64,000 nt of DNA from Eledone cirrhosa (Eukaryota), in assembly GCA_964016885.1 (NCBI GenBank), contig OZ024743.1, forward strand, positions 176,328,001-176,392,000, in the 5' to 3' direction. Below are positions 1 through 14,300 of this stretch, piece after piece. Each line of letters starts with the position of its first letter. The first letter of the stretch is position 1. The notes under the pieces were generated by a model. The model was given only the letters and a program-made list of their open reading frames with translations. It was not told the DNA's origin and searched no databases. Both the position numbers and the translations under genes were made by a program.

Positions 1-3000
1 ACTTACTACCTCTCTCTCTAACTGTTACCTCACCCTCTATATTACTTACCACCTCTCTCTCTCTCTAACTGTTACCTCACCCTCTATATTACTTACTACC
101 TCTCTCACTAACTGTTACCTCACCCTCTATATTACTGACCTCTCTCTCTCTCTCTAACTGTTACCTCACCCTCTATATTACTAATCTCACTCTCTAACTG
201 TTACCTCCCCCTCTATATTACTTACTACCTCTAACTCTAACTGTTACCTCACCCTCTATATTACTTACTACCTCTCTCTCTAACTGTTACCTCACAGTCT
301 ATATTACTGACCTCTCTCTCTCTCTAAGTGTTACCTCACCCTCTATATTACTTACTACCTCTCTCTCTAACTGTTACCTCACCCTCTATATTACTTACCT
401 CTCTCTCTCTCTCTCTAACTGTTACCTCACCCTCTATATTACTTACTACCTCTCGCCCTCTCTAACTCTTACATCACCCTCTATATTAATTACTACCTCT
501 CTCTCTCTCTCTAACTCTTACCTCATCCTCTATAATACTTACTACCTCTCTCTCTCTAACTGTTACCTGAACCCTCTCTATTACTTACTACCTCTCTCTC
601 TAACTCTTACCTCACCCTCTATATTACTTACTACCTCTCTCTCTAACTATTACCTCACCCTCTATATTACTGACCTCTTTCTCTCTCTCTCTAACTGTTA
701 CCTCACCCTCTATATTACTTAATACCTCTCTCTGTAACTATTACCTCATCCTCTATATTACTGACTTCTCTCTCTCTCTAACTGTTATCTCACCCTATAT
801 ATTACTTACTACCTCTCTCTCCGGCTGTTACCTCACCCTCTATATTACTTACTAGCCCTCTCTCTCTCTCTAACTGTTACCTCACCCTCTATATTACTTA
901 ATACCTCTCTCTCTAACTGTTACCTCACCCTCTATATTACTTAATACCTCTCTCTCTAACTGTTACATCACCCTCTATATTACTTACTACCTCTCTCTCT
1001 CTAACTGTTACCTCACCCACTATATTACTTACTACCTCTCTCTATCTCTAACTCTTAACTCACCCTCTATATTACTTACTACCTCACTCTCTCTCTAACT
1101 GTTACCTCACCCTCTATATTACTGAATACCTCTCTCTCTAACTGTTACCTCACCCTCTATATTACTTAATACCTCTCTCTCTAACTGTTACATCACCCTC
1201 TATATTACTTACTACCTCTCTCTCTCTCTAACTCTTAACTCACCCTCTATATTACTTACTACCTCACTCTCTCTCTAACTGTTACCTCACCCTCTATATT
1301 ACTTACTACCTCTCTCTCTATCTGTTACCTCACCCTCTATATTACTAACCTCTCTCTCTCTGTAACTGTTACCTCACCCTCTATATTACTTAATACCTCT
1401 CTCTCTAACTGTTACATCACCCTCTACATTACTTACTACTTCTCTCTCTAACTGTTACCTCACCCTCTATATTACTTACTACCTCTCTCTCTCTAACTGT
1501 TACCTCACCCTCAATATTACTTACTACCTCTCTCTCTCTCTAACTATTACCTCACCCTCTATATTACTTACTACCTCTCTCTCTAACTGTTACATCACCC
1601 TCTATATTACTTACTACCTCTCTCTCTAACCGTTATCTCACCCTCTATATTACTGACCTCTCTCTCTCTCTAACTGTTACCTCACCCACTATATTACTTA
1701 CTACCTCTCTCTCTCTCTAACTGTTACCTCACCCTCTATATTACGTACTACCTCTCTTTCTATCTAACTGTTAACTCACCCTCTATATTACTTACTACCT
1801 CTCTCTCCCTCTAACTCTTACCTCACCCTCTATATTACTTACTACCTCTCTCTCTCTCTAACTCTTAGATCACCCTCTATATTAATTACTACCTCTCTCT
1901 CTCTCTCTAACTCTTACCTCACCCTCTATATTACTTACTACCTCTCTCTAACTGTTACCTCACCCTCTCTATTACTTACCACCTCTCTCTCTCTATAACT
2001 CTTACCTCAGCCTCTATATTACTTACTACCTCTCTCTCTCTCTAACTGTTACCTCACCCTCTATATTACTTACTACCTCTCTCTCTCTCTAACTGTTACC
2101 TCATCCTCTATATTACTACACTACCTCTCTCTCTAACTGTTACCTCACCCTCTTTATTACTGACCTCTCTCTCTCTCTAACTGTTACCTCACCCACTATA
2201 TTACTTACTACCTCTCTCTCTCTCTAACTATTACCTCACCCTCTATATTACTTACTACCTCTCTCTCTAACTGTTACATCACCCTCTATATTACTTACTA
2301 CCTCTCTCTCTAACCGTTACATCACCCTCTCTATTACTGACCTCTCTCTCTCTCTAACTGTTACCTCACCCACTATATTACTTACTACCTCTCTCTCTCT
2401 CTAACTGTTACTTCACCCTCTATATTACGTACTACCTCTCTCTCTCTCTAACTCTTAGATCACCCTCAATATTAATTACTACCTCTCTCTCTCTCTCTAA
2501 CTCTTACCTCACCCTCTATATTACTTACTACCTCTCTCTCTCTAACTGTTACCTCACCCTCTCTATTACTTACTACCTCTCTCTCTTTCTAACTGTTATC
2601 TCACCCTCTATATTACTTACTACCTGTCTCCCCACCTGTTACCTCACCCTCTATATTACTTACTACCTCTCTCTGTAACTACCTCACCCTCTATATTACT
2701 TACTACCTCTCTCTCTCTCTAACTGTTACCTCATCCTCTATATTACTACACTACCTCTCTCTCTAACTGTTACCTCACCCTCTTTATTACTTACTACCTC
2801 TCTCTGCACCTGCTAACTCACCCTCTATATTACTTACTACCTCTCATTCTCTCTAACTCTTACCTCACCCTCTATAATACTTATTGCCTCTCTCTCTAAC
2901 TGTTACCTCACCCTCTATATAACTTACTACCTGTCGTTCTCTCTAACTCTTACCTCACCCTCTATATTACTTATTGCCTCTCTCTCTAACTCTTACCTCA

Positions 3001-4899
3001 CCCTCTATGTTACTTACTACCTCTCTCTCTCTAACTGTGACCTCACCCTCTCTATTACTTACTACCTCTCTCTCTCTCTAACTCTTACCTCACCCTCTAT
3101 ATTACTTACTACCCCTCTCTCTCTCTAACTGTTACCTCACTCTCTATATTACTTACTACCTCTCTCTCCAGCAGTTACCTCCCCCTTTTATTACTTATTA
3201 CGCCTCTCTCTCTCTAACTGTTACCTCACCCTCTATATTACTTACTACCTCTCTCTCTAACTGTTACCTCACCCACCATATTACTTACTACCTCTCTCTC
3301 TCTAACTCTTACCTCACCCTCTATATTACTTACTACCTCTCTCTCTCCAAATGTTACCTTAGCCTCTCTATTACTTAGTACCTCTCTCTCTCTAACTCTT
3401 ACCTCAACCTCTATATTACTTACTACCTCTCTCTCTAACTCTTACCTCACCCTCTATATTACTTACTACCTCTCTCTCTAACTCTTACCTCACCCTCTAT
3501 ATTACATACTACCTCTCTCTAACTCTTACCTCACCCTCTATATTACTTACTACCTCTCTCTCTCTCTAACTGTTACCTCACCCTCTATATTACTTACTAC
3601 CTCTCTCTCCCTCTAACTCTTACCTCACCCTCTATATTACTTATCACCTCTCTCTCTAACTGTTACCTCATCCTCTATATTACTTACCCCTCTCTCCCTC
3701 TCTAACTCTTACCTCACCCTCTATATTACTTACTACCTCTCTCTCTCTAACTCTTACCTCACCCTCTATATTACTTACTACCTCTCTCTCTCTCTAACTC
3801 TTACCTCACCCTCTCTATTACTTACTACCTCTCTCTCTCTCTAACTCTTACCTCACCCTCTATATTACTTACTACCTCTCTCTCTCTCTAACTCTTACCT
3901 CACCCTCTATATTACTTACTACCTCTCTCTCTCTCTAACTCTTACCTCACCCTCTATATTACTTACTACCTCTCTCTCTAACTGTTACCTCATCCTCTAT
4001 ATTACTACACTACCTCTCTCTCTAACTGTTACCTCACCCTCTATATTACTTACTACCTCTCTCTCCACCTGCTAACTCACCCTCTATATTACTTACTACC
4101 TCTCTCTCTCTCTAACTGTTACCTCACCCTCTACATTACTTACAACCTCTCTCTTTAACTGTTACCTCACCCTCTATATTACTTACTACCTATCATTCTC
4201 TCTAACTCTTACCTCACCCTCTATATTACTTACTACCTCTTACTCTCTCTAACTGTTACCTCACCCTCTATATTACTTACTACCTCTCTCTCTAACTATT
4301 ACCTCACCCTATATATTACTTACTACCTCTCTCTCTAACTGTTACCTCACCCTCTACATTATTTACTACCTCTCTCTCTTACTGTTACCTCACCCTCTAT
4401 ATTACTTACTACCTCTCTCTCTCTAATTGTTACCTCACCCTCTACATTACTTACAACCTCTCTCTCTAACTGTTACCTCACCATCTAAATTACTTACTAC
4501 CTCTCTCTCTCTCTAACTGTTACCTCACCCTCTACATTACTTACAACCTCTCTCTCTAACTGTTACCTCACCCTCTATATTACTTACTACCTCTCTCTCT
4601 CTAACTGTTACCTCACCCTCTACATTACTTACAACCTCTCTCTCTAACTGTAACCTCACCATCTAAATTACTTACTACCTCTCGCTCTCTCTAACTGTTA
4701 CCTCACCCTCTACATTACTTACAACCTCTCTCTCTAACTGTTACCTCACCCTCTATATTACTTACTACCTCTCTATCTCTCTAACTGTTACCTCACCCTC
4801 TACATTACTTACTACCTCTCTCTCTAACTGTTACCTCACCCTCTATATTACTTACTACCTCTCTCTCTCTAACTCTTACCTCACATTCTATATTACTTA

Positions 4900-7800
4900 C
4901 TACCTCTCTCTCTGTAACTCTTACCTCACCCTCTATATTACTTACTCCTCTCTCTCGCTCTAACTCTTACCTCACCATCTATATTACTTACTACCTCTCT
5001 CTCTAACAGTTAGCTCACCCTCTATATTACTAACTACCTCTCTCTCTGACTCTTACCTCAAGCTCTATATTACTTACTACATCTCTCTCTCTCTAACTGT
5101 TACCTCACCCTCTATATTATTTACTACCTCTCTCTCTAACTCTTACCTCACCATCTATATTACTTATTACCCCTCTCTCTAGCTCTAACTCTTACCTCAC
5201 CCTCTATATTACTTACTACCTCTCTCTCTAACAGTTAGCTCAAGCTCTATATTACTTACTACATCTCTCTCTCTCTAACTGTTACCTCACCCTCTATATT
5301 ATTTACTACCTCTCTCTCTAACTCTTACCTCACCATCTATATTACTTACTACCTCTCTCTCTCTCTAACTGTTACCTCACCCTCTATATTATTTACTACC
5401 TCTCCATCTAACTCTTACCTCACCCTCTATATTAGTTACTACCTCTCTCTCTAACTATTACCTCACCCTATATATTACTTACAACCTCTCTCTCTAACTG
5501 TTACCTCACCCTCTACATTATATACTACCTCTCTCTCAAACTGTTACCTCACCCTCTATATTACTTACTACCTCTCTCTCTCTCTAACTGTTACCTCACC
5601 CTCTACATTACTTACAACCTCCCTCTCTAACTGTTACCTCACCATCTATATTACTTACTACCTCTCTCTCTCTCTAACAGTTACCTCACCCTCTATATTA
5701 CTTACTACCTCTCTATCTCTCTAACTGTTACCTCACCCTCTACATTACTTACTACCTCTATCTCTAAGTGTTACCTCACCCTCTATATTACTTACTACCC
5801 CTCTCTCTCTCTAACTCTTATCTGACTCTCTATATTACTTACTATCTCTCTCTCTCTCTCTCTAACTCTTACCTCAACCTCTATATTACTTAATACCTCT
5901 CTCTCTCTCTAACTCTTGCCTCACCCTCTATATTACTTACTAACCCTCTCTCTCTGTAACTGTTACCTCAACCTCTATATTACTTACTACCTCTACTCTC
6001 TCTCTAACTGTTACCTCACTTTCTATATCACTTACTACCTCTCTCTCTCTAACTGTTACCTCACCCTCTATATTACTTACTACCTCTATCTCTCTCTCTC
6101 TAACTGTTACCTCACCCTCTATATTACTTACTACCTCTCTCTCTCTAACTATTAGCTCACCCTCTATATTACTTACTACCTCTCTCTCTAACTGTTACCT
6201 CACCCTCTATATTATTTACTATCTCTCTCTCTAACTGTTACCTCACCCTCTATATTACTTACTACCTCTTCCTCTCTCTAACTGTTACCTCACTATCTAC
6301 ATTACTTACTACCTCTCCATCTAAGTCTTACCTCACCCTCTATATTACTTACTACCTCTCTCTCTAACTATTACCTCACCCTATATATTACTTACTACCT
6401 CTCTCTCTAACTGTTACCTCACCCTCCACATTATTTACTACCTCTCTCTCTAACTGTTACCTCACCCTCTATATTACTTACTACCTCTCCCTCTCTCTAA
6501 CTGTTACCCCACCCTCTACATTACTTACAACCTCTCTCTCTAACTGTTACCTCACCATCTAAATGACTTACTACCTCTCTCTCTCTCTAACTGTTACCTC
6601 ACCCTCTACATTACTTACAACCTCTCTCTCTAACTGTTACCTCACCCTCTATATTACTTACTACCTCTCTATCTCTCTAACTGTTACCTCACCCTCTACA
6701 TTACTTACTACCTCTCTCTCTAACTGTTACCTCACCGTCTATATTCCTTACTACCTCTCTCTCTGTAACTCTTACCTCACCCTCTATATTACTTACTCCT
6801 CTCTCTCGCTCTAACTCTTACCTCACCATCTATATTACTTACTACCTCTCTCTTTAACAGTTAGCTCACCCTCTATATTACTAACTACCTCTCTCTCTAA
6901 CTCTTACCTCAAGCTCTATATTACTTACTACATCTCTCTCTCTCTCTAACTGTTACCTCACCCTCTATATTATTTACTACCTCTCTCTCTAACTCTTACC
7001 TCACCATCTATATTACTTATTACCCCTCTCTCTAGCTCTAACTCTTACCTCACCCTCTATATTACTAACTACCTCTCTCTCTAACTCTTACCTCAAGCTC
7101 TATATTACTTACTACATCTCTCTCTCTCTAACTGTTACCTCACCCTCTATATTATTTACTACCTCTCTCTCTAACTCTTACCTCACCATCTATATTACTT
7201 ACTACCTCTCTCTCTAACTGTTACCTCACCCTCTATATTACTTACTACCTCTACATCTAACTCTTACCTCACCCTATATATTACTTACTACCTCTCTCTC
7301 TAACTGTTACCTCACCCTCTACATTATTTACTACCTCTCTCTCAAACTGTTACCTCACACTCTATTTTACGTACTACCTCTCTCTCTCTCTCTAACTGTT
7401 ACCTCAACCTCTATATTACTTACTACCTCTCTCTCTCTCTAACTGTTACCTCACTCTCTATATTACTTACTACCTCTCTCTCAAACTGTTACCTCACCCT
7501 CTATATTACATACTACCTCTCTCTCTAACTGTTACCTCGCCATCTATATTACTTACTACCTCTCTCTCTCTCTAACTGTTACCTCACCCTCTATATTACC
7601 TACTACCTCTCTCTCTAACTCTTACCTCACCCTCTATATTACTTACTACCTCTCTCTCTCTCTAACTGTTACCTCACCCTCTATATTACTTACTACCTCT
7701 CTCTCTCTCTAACTCTTACCTCACCCTCTATATTACTTACTACCTCTCTTTCTCTCTAACTCTTACCTCACCCTACATATTACTTACTACTTCTCTCTCT

Positions 7801-10800
7801 CTCTCTAACTCTTACCTCGCCCTCTATATTACTTACTACCTCTCTCTCTATCTCTTACCTCACCCTCTATATTACTTACTACCTCTCTCTCTAACTCTTA
7901 CCTCACCCTCTATATTACTTACTACCTCTCTCTCTAACCGTTACCTGACCCTCTATATTACTTACTACCTCTCTCTCTAACTGTTACCTCACCCTCTATA
8001 TTACTTACTACCTCTCTCTCTCTAACTCTTACCTCACCCTCTATATTACTTACTACCTCTCTCTCTGTAACTCTTACCTCACCCTCTATATTACTTACTC
8101 CTCTCTCTCGCTCTAACTCTTACCTCACCATCTATATTACTTACTACCTCTCTCTCTAACAGTTAGCTCACCCTCTATATTACTAACTACCTCTCTCTCT
8201 AACTCTTACCTCAAGCTCTATATTACTTACTACATCTCTCTCTCTCTAACTGTTACCTCACCCTCTATATTATTTACTACCTCTCTCTCTAACTCTTACC
8301 TCACCATCTATATTACTTATTACCCCTCTCTCTAGCTCTAACTCTTACCTCACCCTCTATATTACTTACTACCTCTCTCTCTAACAGTTAGCTCAAGCTC
8401 TATATTACTTACTACATCTCTCTCTCTCTAACTGTTACCTCACCCTCTATATTATTTACTACCTCTCTCTCTAACTCTTACCTCACCATCTATATTACTT
8501 ACTACCTCTCTCTCTCTCTAACTGTTACCTCACCCTCTATATTACTTACTACCTCTCCATCTAACTCTTACCTCACCCTCTATATTAGTTACTACCTCTC
8601 TCTCTAACTATTACCTCACCCTATATATTACTTACAACCTCTCTCTCTAACTGTTACCTCACCCTCTACATTATTTACTACCTCTCTCTCAAACTGTTAC
8701 CTCACCCTCTATATTACTTACTACCTCTCTCTCTCTCTAACTGTTACCTCACCCTCTACATTACTTACAACCTCCCTCTCTAACTGTTACCTCACCATCT
8801 ATATTACTTACTACCTCTCTCTCTCTCTAACAGTTACCTCACCCTCTATATTACTTACTACCTCTCTATCTCTCTAACTGTTACCTCACCCTCTACATTA
8901 CTTACTACCTCTATCTCTAAGTGTTACCTCACCCTCTATATTACTTACTACCCCTCTCTCTCTCTAACTCTTATCTGACTCTCTATATTACTTACTATCT
9001 CTCTCTCTCTCTCTCTAACTCTTACCTCAACCTCTATATTACTTAATACCTCTCTCTCTCTCTAACTCTTGCCTCACCCTCTATATTACTTACTAACCCT
9101 CTCTCTCTGTAACTGTTACCTCAACCTCTATATTACTTACTACCTCTACTCTCTCTCTAACTGTTACCTCACCCTCTATATCACTTACTACCTCTCTCTC
9201 TGTAACTGTTACCTCACCCTCTATATTACTTACTACCTCTCTCTCTCTCTCTCTAACTGTTACCTCACCCTCTATATTACTTACTACCTCTCTCTCTCTA
9301 ACTATTAGCTCACCCTCTATATTACTTACTACCTCTCTCTCTAACTGTTACCTCACCCTCTATATTATTTACTACCTCTCTCTCTAACTGTTAGCTCACC
9401 CTCTATATTACTTACTACCTCTTCCTCTCTCTAACTGTTACCTCACTATCTACATTACTTACTACCTCTCCATCTAAGTCTTACCTCACCCTCTATATTA
9501 CTTACTACCTCTCTCTCTAACTATTACCTCACCCTATATATTACTTACTACCTCTCTCTCTAACTGTTACCTCACCCTCCACATTATTTACTACCTCTCT
9601 CTCTAACTGTTACCTCACCCTCTATATTACTTACTACCTCTCTCTCTCTCTAACTGTTACCCCACCCTCTACATTACTTACAACCTCTCTCTCTAACTGT
9701 TACCTCACCATCTAAATTACTTACTACCTATCTCTCTCTCTAACTGTTACCTCACCCTCTACATTACTTACAACTTCTCTCTCTAACTGTTACCTCACCC
9801 TCTATATTACTTACTACCTCTCTCTCTCTAACTGTTACCTCACCCTCTACATTACTTACAACCTCTCTCTCTAACTGTTACCTCACCATCTAAATTACTT
9901 ACTACCTCTCGCTCTCTCTAACTGTTACCTCACCCTCTACATTACTTACAACCTCTCTCTCTAACTGTTACCTCACCCTCTATATTACTTACTACCTTTC
10001 TATCTCACTAACTGTTACCTCACCCTCTACATTACTTACTACCTCTCTCTCTAACTGTTACCTCACCGTCTATATTCCTTACTACCTCTCTCTCTGTAAC
10101 TCTTACCTCACCCTCTATATTACTTACTCCTCTCTCTCGCTCTAACTCTTACCTCACCATCTATATTACTTACTACCTCTCTCTTTAACAGTTAGCTCAC
10201 CCTCTATATTACTAACTACCTCTCTCTCTAACTCTTACCTCAAGCTCTATATTACTTACTACATCTCTCTCTCTCTCTAACTGTTACCTCACCCTCTATA
10301 TTATTTACTACCTCTCTCTCTAACTCTTACCTCACCATCTATATTACTTATTACCCCTCTCTCTAGCTCTAACTCTTACCTCACCCTCTATATTACTTAC
10401 TACCTCTCTCTCTAACATTTAGCTCACCCTCTATATTACTAACTACCTCTCTCTCTAACTCTTACCTCAAGCTCTATATTACTTACTACATCTCTCTCTC
10501 TCTAACTGTTACCTCACCCTCTATATTATTTACTACCTCTCTCTCTAACTCTTACCTCACCATCTATATTACTTACTACCTCTCTCTCTAACTGTTACCT
10601 CACCCTCTATATTACTTACTACCTCTATCTCTCTCTAACTCTTACCTCACCCTATATATTACTTACTACCTCTCTCTCTAACTGTTACCTCACCCTCTAC
10701 ATTATTTACTACCTCTCTCTCAAACTGTTACCTCACACTCTATATTACGTACTACCTCTCTCTCTCTCTAACTGTTACCTCAACCTCTATATTACTTACT

Positions 10801-11350
10801 ACCTCTCTCTCTCTCTAACTGTTACCTCACCCTCTATATTACTTACTACCTCTCTCTCAAACTGTTACCTCACCCTCTATATTACATACTACCTCTCTCT
10901 CTAACTGTTACCTCGCCATCTATATTACTTACTACCTCTCTCTCTCTCTAACTGTTACCTCACCCTCTATATTACCTACTACCTCTCTCTCTAACTCTTA
11001 CCTCACCCTCTATATTACTTACTACCTCTCTCTCTCTCTAACTCTTACCTCACCCTCTATATTACTTACCACCTCTCTCTCTCTCTAACTCTTACCTCAC
11101 CCTCTATATTACTTACTACCTCTCTTTCTCTCTAACTCTTACCTCACCCTACATATTACTTACTACTTCTCTCTCTCTCTCTAACTCTTACCTCGCCCTC
11201 TATATTACTTACTACCTCTCTCTCTATCTCTTACCTCACCCTCTATATTACTTACTACCTCTCTCTCTAACTCTTACCTCACCCTCTATATTACTTACTA
11301 CCTCTCTCTCTAACCGTTACCTCACCCTCTATATTACTTACTACCTCTCT
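4900..11350. repeat. Higher-order duplication in the satellite, period ~3.15-3.38 kb
   Basis: Rare variant CTTACTCC at 4941 and 8094 (offset 3153). The near-identical spurious ORFs at 5916 and 9069 have the same 3153 offset. CCCTACAT occurs at 7771 and 11147. Confidence 0.85.
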
Positions 11351-14300
11351 CTCTAACTGTTACCTCACCCTCTATATTACTTACTACCTCTCTCTCTCTT
11401 TAACTCTTACCTCACCCTCTATATTACTTACTACCTCTCTCTCTCTCTCTAACTGTTACCTCACCCTCTATATTACTTACTATCTCTCTCTCTCTAACTG
11501 TTACCTCACCCTCTATAATACTTTCTACCTCCCTCTCTCTAACTGTTACCTCACCCTCTATATTACTTACTAACTCTCTCTCTAACTCTTACCTCACTCT
11601 CTATATTACTTACTACCTCTCTCTCTCTAACTGTTACCGCACCCTCTATATTACTTACTAACTCTCTCTCTAACTCTTACCTTACCCTCTATATTACTTA
11701 CTACCGCTCTCTCTCTCTAACTGTTACCTCACCTTCTATATTACTTACTACCTCTCTCTCTCTCTAACTGTTACCTCACCCTCTATATTACTTACTACCT
11801 CTCTCTAACTCTTACCTCACCCTCTATATTACTTACTATCTCTCTCTCTCTCTCTAACTCTTACCTCACCCTCTATATTACTTACTACCTCTCTCTCTAA
11901 CTCTTACCTTACCCTCTATATTACTTACTACCACTCTCTCTCTCTAACTGTTACCTCAACCTCTATATTACTTACTACCTCTCTCTCTCTCTAACTGTTA
12001 CCTCACCGTCTATATTACTTACTACCTCTCTCTCAAACTGTTACCTCGCCATCTATATTACTTACTACCTCTCTCTCTCTCTAACAGTTACCTCACCCTC
12101 AATATTACATACTACCTCTCTCTCTCTCTAACTGTTACCTCACCCTCTATATTACTTACTACCTCTCCATCTAACTCTTACCTCACACTCTACATTACTT
12201 ACTACCTCTCTCTCTAACTGTTACCTCACCCTCTATATTACTGACTATCTCTCTCTCTAACTCTTACATCACCCTCTATATTACTTACTACCTCTCTCTC
12301 TCTAACTGTTACCTCACCCTCTATATTACTTACTACCTCTCTCTCTAACTCTTACCTCACCATCTATATTACTTACTACCTCTCTCTCTAACTGTTACCT
12401 CACCCTCTATATTACTTACTACCTCTACATCTAACTCTTACCTCACCCTATATATTACTTACTACCTCTCTCTCTAACTGTTACCTCACCCTCTACATTA
12501 TTTACTACCTCTCTCTCAAACTGTTACCTCACACTCTATATTACGTACTACCTCTCTCTCTCTCTAACTGTTACCTCACCCTCTATATTACCTACTACCT
12601 CTCTCTCTAACTCTTACCTCACCCTCTATATTACTTACTACCTCTCTCTCTCTCTAACTCTTACCTCACCCTCTATATTACTTACTACCTCTCTCTCTCT
12701 CTAACTCTTACCTCACCCTCTATATTACTTACTACCTCTCTTTCTCTCTAACTCTTACCTCACCCTACATATTACTTACTACTTCTCTCTCTCTCTCTAA
12801 CTCTTACCTCGCCCTCTATATTACTTACTACCTCTCTCTCTATCTCTTACCTCACCCTCTATATTACTTACTACCTCTCTCTCTAACTCTTACCTCACCC
12901 TCTATATTACTTACTACCTCTCTCTCTAACCGTTACCTCACCCTCTATATTACTTACTACCTCTCTCTCTAACTGTTACCTCACCCTCTATATTACTTAC
13001 TACATCTCTCTCTCTTTAACTCTTACCTCACCCTCTATATTACTTACTACCTCTCTCTCTCTCTCTAACTGTTACCTCACCCTCTATATTACTTACTATC
13101 TCTCTCTCTCTAACTGTTACCTCACCCTCTATAATACTTTCTACCTCCCTCTCTCTAACTGTTACCTCACCCTCTATATTACTTACTAACTCTCTCTCTA
13201 ACTCTTACCTCACTCTCTATATTACTTACTACCTCTCTCTCTCTAACTGTTACCGCACCCTCTATATTACTTACTAACTCTCTCTCTAACTCTTACCTCA
13301 CCCTCTATATTACTTACTACCTCTCTCTCTAACAGTTACCTCACACTCTATATTACTTACTACCTCTAACTCTCTAACTCTTACCTTACCCTCTATATTA
13401 CTTACTACCGCTCTCTCTCTCTAACTGTTACCTCACCTTCTATATTACTTACTACCTCTCTCTCTCTCTAACTGTTACCTCACCCTCTATATTACTTACT
13501 ACCTCTCTCTAACTCTTACCTCACCCTCTATATTACTTACTATCTCTCTCTCTCTCTCTAACTCTTACCTCACCCTCTATATTACTTACTACCTCTCTCT
13601 CTAACTCTTACCTTACCCTCTATATTACTTACTACCACTCTCTCTCTCTAACTGTTACCTCAACCTCTATATTACTTACTACCTCTCTCTCTCTCTAACT
13701 GTTACCTCACCGTCTATATTACTTACTACCTCTCTCTCAAACTGTTACCTCGCCATCTATATTACTTACTACCTCTCTCTCTCTCTAACAGTTACCTCAC
13801 CCTCAATATTACATACTACCTCTCTCTCTCTCTAACTGTTACCTCACCCTCTATATTACTTACTACCTCTCCATCTAACTCTTACCTCACACTCTACATT
13901 ACTTACTACCTCTCTCTCTAACTGTTACCTCACCCTCTATATTACTGACTATCTCTCTCTCTAACTCTTACATCACCCTCTATATTACTTACTACCTCTC
14001 TCTAACTCTTAGATCACTCTCTATATTAATTACTACCTCTCTCTAACTGTTACCTCACCCTCTATATTACTTACTACCTCTCTCTCTAACCGTTACCTCA
14101 CCCTCTATATTACTTACTACCTCTATCACTCTAACTCTTACCTCATCCTCTATATTACTTACTACCTCTCTCTCTCTCTAACTGTTACCTCACACTCTAT
14201 ATTACGTACTACCTCTCTCTCTCTCTAACTGTTACCTCAGCTCTATATTACTTACTACCTCACTCTCTCGCTCTAAATCTTACCTCACGCTCTATATTAC

